Below, one piece after another: positions 23,661 through 34,235 of a stretch of DNA of 60,465 nucleotides. A model generated the notes under the pieces. The model saw nothing but the letters and a program-made list of their open reading frames with translations. It ran no database searches and was not told where the DNA came from. The DNA comes from Malacoraja senta (taxonomy: Eukaryota). Both the position numbers and the translations under genes were made by a program. Numbering within the stretch: the first letter of the stretch is position 1; each line of letters begins with the position of its first letter. The stretch spans positions 11,286,001 to 11,346,465 of the forward strand of contig CM075995.1 of NCBI GenBank assembly GCA_038087875.1, given 5' to 3'.

Positions 23661-24888
23661 GAAACCGTTGCCCTGCATTCCCAAATAAATCCTCCTTCCT
23701 TGCTTCCCATGACTCTCCCAAACCAGAAAAACTCAAAAACAGTCCGATATCCAACATTCCTGCGACTGACCTGAAACATTGACTCTGTTCCTCTCTCCGC
23801 AGATGCCGCCTTACCTGCCTGTGTTTCTGGCATTCCTTGTTTTTGTCTCAGTCATCCTTTGTCTGCAGTGTTTTGCTTTTAGTTAATGGCGCCAACCTTG
23901 TTAATGTTTCACTGATCTGCAAGTCACTGTTAATCCATGCGCAGTGTTCTGTGAAGGCATTAATGTCCAAAGTTGTTGAGGCAGCAACTTGTTTGATTTC
24001 AGCATCAGAAATTCCTGGAAATGTTCTAATTAAACAATGATTTCAGCAGGACACAAGCCCTAACAGCCTCTGCTGGTGATTCTGCCCCAGAGCCTCCCAA
24101 CACCACCTGCCCCAGGCCTTCTGTTCCCATAGTCATACAGTAGGGAAAGAGGCAACTCGGCCCAACTGCTCCATGCCAACCGAGATGCCATGCCATCTAA
24201 GCTCGTCCCATTTGCCTGCATTTGGCCTATATCCCCCTAATTCTTTCCTATCCATGTAGTTGTCTCTCATGAACTATTCCAGGTCCCTTTTGACACAACC
24301 CTTCCCAAATTCCTCCTGTTCTGAACAATCCCTGATCGAAGTCAGCATGGTTTTGTACGAGGGATGTCGTGTCTCACAAATCTGATTGATTTTTTTGTGG
24401 AAGGGACCAAAAAAGTCGATGAGGGCAGGGCTGTAGATGTTGTGTACATGGATTTCAGTAAGGTGTTTGACAGGGTTCCGCATGGTAGACTGCTCTGCAA
24501 GGTTAGATCGCATGGGATCCAAGGAGAGATGACTGAATGGATAGCAAATTGGCTCCTTGGAAAGAAGCACAGGTTGCTTAATGGACTGGAAGCATGTGAC
24601 TAGTGGTGTGCCTCAGGGTTTTTTGCTGGGCCTGTTACTGTTTGTCATCTACTGTATATCAATGATTTGGATGAGAACATACAGGGCAAGATTAGCAAGT
24701 TTGCTGATGTTACAAAAGTGGGTAGTTTTGCAGATAGTGAAGATGATTGTGAAAGATCGCAGCAGATTGGTTCTGTGAGCAAGCATAAACTGGATGGGTT
24801 GAGTGGCCTCCTTCTCACATCATGTGGAAACAGGTGGCAGCACTGTGGACTGTCGATTACTTTGTAACCAATTTGGTCTTTGCCCCAG

Positions 24889-25015
24889 GGTCGACCATCA
24901 AGGCCAGTAAATCATTATCGCCGGACTTCGTGGTGAGAATGTTGCTGAGACGGCCAAAGTTGCACATGTCACTGGACATCCTTCCCTCCAGGCCACAGTG
25001 CAGAGGGGTCTTCCA
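24889..25015 (+). pseudogene. Truncated copy 1 of the GPT2-like ATG exon
   Basis: Same acceptor and ATG (24939) as 42522+; homology stops at GGTCTTCCA, followed by CR1 sequence. Confidence 0.8.
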
Positions 25016-25164
25016 GAGGGGTAGTGTTGTAGAGCAGAGGGATCTAGGAGTACAGGTGTATGATTCCTTGAAGGTCGAGTCGCTGGTAGATAAGGTGGTC
25101 AAAAAGGTTTTTGGCACTTTGGCCTTCATCAGTCAGAGTATTGAGTATAGAAGTTGGGAGGTCA

Positions 25165-25367
25165 TAATGTGTAGGAAAGAATTGCAGGCTGGTTCAAATC
25201 GAAGGTAGACACAAAGGGCATGAGTAACTGAGCGGGACAGGTAGCATCTATGGAGAGAAGGAATGGATGACATTTCAGGTTGAGACCCTCTCGACCTGAA
25301 ACGTCACCCATTATTTCTCTCCAGAAATGCTGCCTGTCCCGCTCAGTTACTCCAGCATTTTGTGTCT
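25165..25367. mobile_element. Inverted pair of Penelope-like terminal fragments
   Basis: ~80-bp fold-back arms centred near 25287; TSD AGTTGGGAGGTCA at 25152-25164 and 25368-25380; duplicated at ~40250-40442. Confidence 0.6.
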
Positions 25368-27498
25368 AGTTGGGAGGTCAAGTTGCAGTTGTGTAAGACG
25401 TTGGTGAGACGACATTTAGAATATTGTGTTCAGTTCTGGGCACCATGTTATAGGAAAGATATTGTCAAGCTAGAAAGGGTTCAGAAAAGATTGACGAGGA
25501 TGTTGCCAGGACGAGAGGGTGTGAGCTATTGGGAGAGGGTGAGTAGGCTGGGTCTCTATTCCTTGGAGCGCAGGAGGATGAGGGGTGATCTTATAGAGGT
25601 GTATAAAATCATGAGAGGAATAGATTGGGTAGATGCACAGAGTCTTTTGCCCAGAGTAGGGGAATCGAGGATCAGAGGACATAGGGTCAAGGTGAAGGGG
25701 AAAAGATTTAATAGGAATCTGAGGGGTAACTTTTTGACACAAAGGGTGCTGGGTGTATGGAACAAGCTGCCAGAGTAGGTTGTTGATGTAGCTGTCTAAC
25801 GTTTAAGAAACAGTTAGACAGCTACATGGATAGGACAGGTTTGGCAGGATATGGAACAAGCGCAGGCAGGTGGGACTAGTGCACCTGGGACATGTTGGCA
25901 GGTTTGGCCAAAGGGCCTGTTTCCACACTATATCACTGCGACTCTATGATCACACCAACGTCACTAATTCCTCAGGCAATGAAGGAAGCTTGGCATGTCT
26001 TCAATGACTTTCACCAATTTCTACAGGTGTACCTGTCAGAAAGCAACATGTCAGGATGCATCACAGCTCTGCCCTAGAAATTGCAGAGAGTTGTGGATGT
26101 CGCCCAGCCCATTACACAGACCAGACTCCCCACCATTGACTGCATCTACACCACGCTGCTTCTGGAGAGCAGCCAACATAATCAAGAACCACTCACATTC
26201 CCTCTTCTCCCTCTCCAGACAGGCAGAAGAAACAAAAGCTTGAAAGCACATACTACCAGATTCAGGATAATCTTCCACGCTGTTATCAGACAACTGAAAG
26301 TTCCCACATAAACTAGAGTGCTGTCCCGATCTCCCAACCTACTTCATTGAAGATCTTGCACCTTTCCTCTGTAACTCTAACACTATAATACATATTCTGC
26401 ATTCTGGTATTTCTCTCCTTTCACTATTTGTTGTACTTGTTTGTGGCTTGAATGTACTCATGTACAGTATGATTTGACTGGATAGCTCACAGACAAAGCT
26501 TTTCACTGTAACTGGTATTAATACCAATACCAAGTGATCTCAATGTTCAGGATATCTTTATTTGCACACATTCTCCACAGATTTTCAGTCTTCTGTCTCG
26601 AGTGGGGGTAGAAATTGAACTCAGTACCCTCTGTAAATGTGGCACTGGCACTGATACTGGCACTGATTTGCTGCTTGTGAAACTTGTAGTGTGAAAAGTG
26701 CGAGAGAGTTTAATCTATCACACTGTTCACACAGTCTACCCTATCTGTGCCTCATAATTTTAAATCGTTTTCTCACGTCTCCCAATAGCCTCTGACATTC
26801 CAGAGAAAACAATTCAAATTTATCCAATCTCTCCCCGCAGTTAATACTGTTTAATCCAGACAGCATTCCCGTAACCCTTTTCTGGTCCCTCTCTAAAGCC
26901 TCCACATCCTTTTTATCATCCAGCCAGCATTCCCGTAACCCTTTTCTGATCCCTCTCTAAAGCCTCCACATCCTTTTTATAATGGAACAACTAGAACTGC
27001 ACACAATACACCAAATGCGGTCTATTGTGTTGCCACTTTCAGGGAATTATGGACTTGGACCCCAAGATCTCTCTGTACATCAATGCTGTTAAGGTCTTGC
27101 CACTAATTGTATATTTTCCACTAACATTTAAGATCCCAAAGTGCAACACCTCACACTTGCTCGGATTATACTCCATCTGCCTTTTCTCTGTCCATGTCTG
27201 TAACTGGTCTATATCCTACTGTATGATTTGACTACCCAAAGACATGTTGGCTGTTGTCGAATGCCGCTGGTGTGTGGACAATTTGTGGGGAGAATTAATT
27301 GTTGGGAATATTGGTAGGGAAATGGATTAGTTCTGTGAGCAAGCATAAACTGGATGGGTTGAGTGGCCTCCTTCTCACATCATGTGGAAACAGGTGGCAG
27401 CACTGTGGACTGTCGATTACTTTGTAACCAGTTTGTTCTTTGCCCCAGGGTCGACCATCAAGGCCAGTAAATCATTATCGCCGGACTTCGTGGTGAGA

Positions 27499-27702
27499 AT
27501 GTTGCTGAGACGGCCAAAGTTGCACATGTCACTGGACCTCCTTCCCTCCTGGCCACAGTGCAGAGGGGTCTTCCACCTGGGGAAGACATCTGAACTGAAA
27601 GCCGCAAGGGGGACCTGGCAGTGGCGAGGGTTCGCTGTGTTCACTCCCTTCACAGCACGACTGCTTCAGAAAGGCACGGAGATGAGGCAGGAACGGCAGC
27701 AG
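27499..27702 (+). pseudogene. Duplicated GPT2-like ATG exon (copy 2) with a 21-nt in-frame deletion; splice sites intact
   Basis: Acceptor CAG|27449, ATG at 27499, donor CAG|GTGAGT after 27702; lacks CTGCGCCTGGAGATGGAGCAC relative to 42572-42796. Confidence 0.75.
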
Positions 27703-28399
27703 GTGAGTGAGCTCCCCCCCTCCCCCCCTGCCCCTCCTCCCCCATTACACCCCCCCACCCGTCCCACCCATCAGGAGACAGCTTCCCAATCGGGACATGA
27801 GTGGCCATCGGAATGGGCATGTTGATCACCTGCTGGTGGGAGGACAGTTTGAGCCTGATGGGCCAGAAGTCAGTCATATAGGATGAAAACAGGCTCTTCG
27901 GCACAACATCCCTGCTGAGCAGGATGCCCAATTTAAGTTTGCCTCATTTGCCTGCGTTTGACCCATATCCAAGAGTATCAAGTGTTCAATTGTCATATGT
28001 ATCAAAAACAAAACAATGAAATTCTTACTTGCAACAACTGGTCTGTAAACACAATACTCAGAGATTACACAATAAGCAAAAAAAGGTCAATAAATTCCAA
28101 AAAGCCTGAAGTCCCTTAACCTTTCCTATCATGTACCTGTCGAAAAGTTTTAAAAATGTTGTAGTATGCTTCAACTAGTTCTTCTGGCAGCTTGTTCCAG
28201 ATAAAAAACTTACCCCTCAGATTCTTTCCCCTCTAATCTTTCATCTATGACCTCTGGGTTCTTCATTCCCCTACCCTGCATAAAAGACTCTGTGCATTCA
28301 CCCTATCTATTCCACTCATAATTTCATACACCTCTCTAAGATCATCCCTCAGCCTCCTGCACTCCAAACAATAATGTCCTCACCTGATTCACAGTAGCA

Positions 28400-28600
28400 G
28401 CACAGTGGCGCAACAGTACAGTTGCTGTCTTACAGTGCCAGAGACCTGGCTTCGATCCTGACTACAAGTGGTGTCTGTACAAAGTTTGGAAGTTCTCCCT
28501 GTGAGCATGGGTAGGATATATCTAGTGTATGGGTGATTACTGGTCATGGACTCAGTGGGCCAAAGGGTCTGTTACCACGCTGTATCTCTAAACTAAACTG
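28400..28600 (+). mobile_element. tRNA-derived SINE (internally deleted; fuller copy at 43490-43780)
   Basis: GCACAGTGGCGCA...GGCTTCGATCCTG head and CTAAACTAAAC tail. Confidence 0.7.
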
Positions 28601-30438
28601 TCCAATCTGTCCAATACCGCTTGGGCAGTTTGCACCCAGCGGTATGAACATTGACTTCTCTAATTTCAGGTGGTCCTTACTTTCTACTCCCCATCTCAGC
28701 TCTCCCACAGCCCTCTGGCTCCACCTCTTCCTTGCTTCCTCCCCCACCCCGTAACCCTTTTCTGGTCCCTCTCTAAAGCCTCCGCATCCTTTTTTATCAT
28801 CCAGACAGCATTCCCGTAACCCTTTTCTGATCCCTCTCTTTTTTTTATTTTTTTTATTTTTATTTATTAGAAGTACATTACATTACAACCAATTACACTA
28901 GTACTCATCGCCTATATCTTATTACAATTAATGTACTCCGTTTGTTTCCTACACTATTAAAGGGAAAGGATGAGATTGAGAGAAAGAAGAAAGTGAAGGA
29001 AAAAAGTGAAAGTGTAAAAAACGTGACAACAAAAAACAAAAACAAAAAACAAAGACCCTATAAGAAAGAAATTAAAAACATAAAGAAAGAGTTAAGAAAT
29101 AGACCCTAAAAAAGAAGAAAAAAGAGAAAGAGGGAAAAGAGAAAAACAAAAACTTTTTTGTAAGCATCACGCAAATGGGACATACCAACTCTCCAGCTTT
29201 CTCCCCCCTTACCTGACCTCAGTATTTTTTTTTGTACTTTCGCACCCTATACTTGTAATCATTCTATAAATGCAGACCACGTCAGGTGGAAGTGATCTGG
29301 TTTACCTGCTAGGAGGAGTCTTATCTCTTCTAGGTGTAATGTTTCGAACATATTTGAAATCCACATGTTTATAGTTGGTATTGAAGCGTTTTTCCAGAAT
29401 TTTAGGATTAACTTTTTTCCAGTTATTAACCCATAGTCTATTCATTTCTTTTGGAACACATTTTGTTCTGGACTATCTTCCGTTGTTCCGAAGATAATCC
29501 ATTCTGCTTTGGGTATCAGTTTAATTTTAAATAATTTTGTAAAGATTTCAAAAATTTCGATCCAAAATTTTTGAATTTTTGTACAGAAAACAAACGAGTG
29601 CGCTATAGTAGCTTCTTGAGATTGACATTTATCACAAATTGATGATACATTTGGGAAATTTTTATTGATTTTAGTTTTAGAATAATATAATCTATGTAAA
29701 ATATTAAATTGTATTAAAGTGTGTCTTACATTAATCGAACATTTATGCACGTTTAATAAATGTTCATTCCACCTTTCCTTTGAGATTTTAATAGCTAATT
29801 CTTGTTCCCAGTCTCTTCTAATACCTTCCGTAGATGGTATTTCTACATTTAAGATAATATTATACAAATATGATATTAAGTTTGCTGATTTAGCTTTTAT
29901 CTACATTGCTTCATCCAATACATCTGTTGAGGTATTATGATGATCTTTTGTATATTTTTTCAAATAGTCACATATTTGAAAATATTTAAAATATTGATTA
30001 TTTCCGAGTTTTATATTTTATTTGTAATTGTTGGAATGATAGTAATTTTCCAGTTTCGTACAAGTCACCGAACGTTTTAATTCCTAGTCTATCCCATTGT
30101 ATGAAAGATTTGTCTGTAATAGAGGGATTAAATGAAGGGTTATTAATTATGGGAGATAAAAGCGATAAATTTCTTAATTTTAAATTTTGTTTTATTTGTT
30201 TCCAAGTTCTGATTGTGCAATGTATAATTGGGTTTTTGTTATAATTTATGTTATTTATGTTATTCAGTTTCATTGGTGAGAGAAGGATCGCTCCAATGTT
30301 TCCAGAGGAGCAGTCCTCTCTCTCCATTACAATCCAGTCCACTTGCTGGGCAGAGTTGTCCATCAGTTGAATCATATTTTTAATATTTACTGACCAATAG
30401 TAATACATGAAGTTAGGGAGTGCTAAGCCCCCTAATAC

Positions 30439-31270
30439 ATGGACATCCGGTGGCGCTGGTGCTAGCTGCCTCCGCCTTCAGTCCGGTATCTTTTTGTTTT
30501 TTTGTTATGTTTGAAGAACGTTTTTTGTGTTTTTTTTGTCTTTATTTGGGGGGAAGAGGGTACGGTAAGGGGGATACCGTCCTTCAGTCGCTTCCTGGAG
30601 AGGACGCGACTATTTTTCGAGTCGCGTCCTCGCCCCCCCCCCGCGGCCTACCTACTGGATTGGCGCGGCCTTCCCTGCCGGGACCGACCATAGCTCCAGC
30701 AGCAGCGGCGCAGCGTTGGATACATTGCGGGGCGGGCGATGCCTTACCGGGGATCGCCGTCTGGAGCTCCGGAGTGCTGGGCCTGCTGCACCGACATCGC
30801 GGAGCTGTGGTTCGCGGAGCTCCCAACGCGGGCGGCGCTGACCACCATTGCGGAGTCCTGCCACTCCGCCCGGCTCAGCCTGTGGACTTCCTGAGCCGTG
30901 GACTCCGGTGGGAGGTGGCTGATTTGGAGGTCCGGGCCGCTGAGGATGTTCTCCGCCGGGGTTCCACCGTTCCCGGCGAGAGGGCCTGAGCATCGGGCCG
31001 CGACTGCGGGTGCTCGAGAGGCCCCGACTACGGGTGAACATCTGGGAAGATCGGCGGGGAGGCTGGCTGGACTATGGTACCTTCCTTAACTTTGGTGCCG
31101 CTGTGGGGTTATGTTGTGTCGTGGACTTCTGTCTATGTGCTTTTTTATTTATTATTTTTTATTGATTTATTATTTATTTTTATGATACATGACTGTAAGG
31201 AAAATCCATTTCGTTGTCTCTTATGAGATAATGACAATAAATTGAATACAAAACAAAACAACAAAAAAAA
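30439..31270 (+). mobile_element. Non-coding CpG-rich retroposon inserted in L1 ORF2
   Basis: L1 sequence rejoins across it; 3' CATTTCGTTGTC...ATGACAATAAA and an (AAAAC)n/A tail; no convincing ORF. Confidence 0.7.
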
Positions 31271-32746
31271 CTTTAGCTTTGTTCAAGTGTGTTCTTTGTA
31301 TTCTATGTGATTTATAGTCCCATATAAAATTCGTACTGTCTGAATCCAGTTTAAAAAAAAACTTCTTTGGTAGGTATATAGGAATCGATTGAAATAGGTA
31401 TAAAATTTGTGGTAAGAAGATCATTTTTATTGCATTTATTCGGCCTATTAAAGACATCGGGAGCGTTTTCCAAAATTTAATTAGTGTATTTATTTTATTA
31501 AGTAAAGGATCAAAATTTGCTTTAAACATGCCTTGATATGTTCTAGTGATTTCGATTCCCAAGTATTTAAATTTTTCTGTAGCTATTTTAAAAGGGAATT
31601 TTAAAAGAGGTGTTGAGTCTTTCGGTTTTATTGACATAATTTCACTTTTATTCCAATTTATTCTATATCCAGAAAAGGATCCAAAATCCTCAATTAAGTT
31701 TAATATATTTGGTATAGTAATTTGACGTTTTGTAATGTACAATAATATATCATCCGCGTATAAAGATATTTTATTATTTGAATATTTAGTATTATACCCA
31801 TGGATATCTGGATGTGTTCTAATTTTTTCTGCTAACGGTTCAATTATGAGAGCAAACAACTGTGGTGATAATGAGCATCCTTGTCTATTTCCCCTTGATA
31901 GTTGAAATTTCGAGGAAAATATGTTATTAGTTAATATTCTAGCTGTAGGTTTATTGTATAATAGTTTAATCCATAAAATAAAATTCTCTCCCAGTTGGAA
32001 TTTTTGTAATACTTTATCCATATAATTCCATTCTACTTGGTCAAATGCTTTTTCAGCGTCCAACGAAATGATTGATAATTCTTGTTCTTCAGAATTATGT
32101 GAATGCATTATATTGAGTAGACGTCTCATATTATTAGATGAATATCTTTTAGGGATAAACCCCGTCTGATCTGGGTTTATTAGTTTACTAATATATTTAC
32201 TTAATCTTCTACCTAGTGTTTTCGCCAATATTTTTTGAGCTGTGTTTAACAATGCTATAGCTCTGTATGAACCCGGTTCTTCTATATCTTTGTCTTTTTT
32301 AAGTATTAGTGTGATCGTTGATTCAGCTAGTGTATCAGGTAATATTTGTTTTTTAAAAGCATATTGGTACATTTTTTGTAATCGTGGTATAATTTTGTCA
32401 TAGAAGCTTTTATAAAATTCATTAGTAAATACATCAGAACCTGGTGTTTTTCCATTCTTTAATGAGTTTATTGTATCTTCTAATTCCTTAATTGAGATTT
32501 GTGCTCCCAATTCCTCTTGTTCCTTCAACTCTAACTTTGGAAGATTACAATTATCCAAAAACTCTGTAATTTTATTGGAGTCAGTTGTCGTTTTAGATGT
32601 ATACAAATTCTCATAAAATTGCGCAAATCTTTTATTAATATCCTTCGTTATGGTTAATAATTCCCCTCTATCTGATTTAATCATTGGGATCGTATGTTCT
32701 TTTTCTCGTTTTTTAGCTGGCGAGCCAAAAGTTAATGCGGTTTATC

Positions 32747-33724
32747 TAGCAATGTTACAAAATTTTGAGATTTTAAAAATAAAGTCTGCAATTTATCCCA
32801 TCAGATAAGGCATAAAAAGAAGTTTAATTTGACACTTAATTCACTTTCATATCTTCAGTATTAAAAAAGTTATGGCCATTATCATACTCAGAAATTAGCA
32901 TCTAGTTCCCTATTGCTTTTCCATTGACTTAACACAAAAGCTGTGATCGAGGACAGTTAAAAGCCCATAACTTTCTTAAAAATTATGATAACTGAAAGAA
33001 ATTTTCAGGTATTATAGATTGAAGCATTCTGAAACAAATATGAAACAATCTTACTTCGAAGACATGAAAGTAAAGCATATAATTAGTTAGTTACCTAATT
33101 GTAGCTAATTACAAAATTCAATTACTAGATCTAAACATCTATCAATTTCTTAAGAATAGATTAACATTTTTAAATAGCCTAAGTGTCCAAATAACATTCA
33201 CACAATAATTCACAATATAACATAATTTTTAAATCTAATTTTCATGAATTTACAGGCCAAATGGAAGGAATTGAATGTTTAATACCTGTAAATTAATGGG
33301 GATTTAATTCATCTTGCGAGTGAGGATTACTGGAACGTGATCTTTTGGAACGTTGATTTGCGGTGAATTTAACCCCGTATTGGCATGAAAAATACTGCCG
33401 TTAATTTGGGGAATAAAATCACCGTGTCGCATGACAAAATGTGAATTAAAGGCTTCTTAAGAAATTATTGGCGTTGACGCTTCAGGAGCTGCTTTTAAAA
33501 TTACTGTAGCGCTGACATTGACGATTTAATAAATTAAAAAATTCACAAAACGCCAGTAGGAACGATTTTGTCGGCCAAGGCTTGTACTCCAACAAAATAT
33601 TCCCAGGACAAGGGAGGAGAAACCCGCGTTTTAACCCCGCCCCCCCCTTAAAGGCGCCATAATCGCGCACACGGCCAGTGGCAGAATTACAGCGCGACTG
33701 AAGGTAAGTTTTGTAACATACCTA
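32747..33724 (-). mobile_element. Non-autonomous TAG...CTA DNA transposon, 7-bp TSD (second copy)
   Basis: TIRs TAGCAATGTTACAAAA and TTTTGTAACATACCTA; TSD GTTTATC at 32740-32746 and 33725-33731; removing it restores the L1 reading FGDKP. Confidence 0.9.
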
Positions 33725-33881
33725 GTTTATCCCCAAATTCAAAGTGCTCTTGTTTTGTAATTTGAAAAAGTCTTATAAGTTTGGCTAATAGTTTATTTAA
33801 TTTAAATTTCAAAATTATTATTTTATTATGTTTATCTATTGATGGATCTTTAGCATTATCTATATCCATTTGTCTAATAAG

Positions 33882-34235
33882 TGTAACGGGGATAGCTTGG
33901 ACCCGATAAGCAGCACAGAATCAGGCAGGTATAGTTGGTACTGAACTTTATTCCGATACTGGAACACAGGAATGGGTACACCATACTCACACAGAGACTC
34001 AGGATTGAGCGAGGGTTCCGAAGAGGGGCTGGCAGGTTCGAATCCTTGTAGGCAGTCGGGAAATCGCTGGAGAGTCTTGCATGAATGCTGAGAACAATCT
34101 GGCACTGTGGGAACGGTGAGGAGAGTCTATATACCAGATTAATTGGTGATCAGAGGCAACTGAGTGCCACAGGTGAGGAGAGTTGGGCTGATGAGAGGGG
34201 AGTGGCAGGCAGGCAGGAGAGGGCAGACTTTGACA
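33882..34235 (-). repeat. Gypsy 3' LTR
   Basis: TGTAA...TGACA termini; minus-strand purine tract GAGGGGGGGGG adjacent at ~34239-34250; AATAAA and TATA motifs on the minus strand. Confidence 0.85.

Larger units (their letters stand above)
24277..25950 (+). mobile_element. CR1 ORF2 3' part, interrupted by a gene-exon fragment and a Penelope-like insert
   Basis: SCLTNLIDFF, VYMDFSK, GVPQG, SKFAD, then EQRDLGV and LEYCVQFW...GNFLTQRV. Confidence 0.85.
24765..28750 (+). repeat. Local segmental duplication, copy A (~4 kb)
   Basis: Near-identical to 39850-43930, with the same ORF series in the track and scattered SNPs and indels. Confidence 0.93.
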
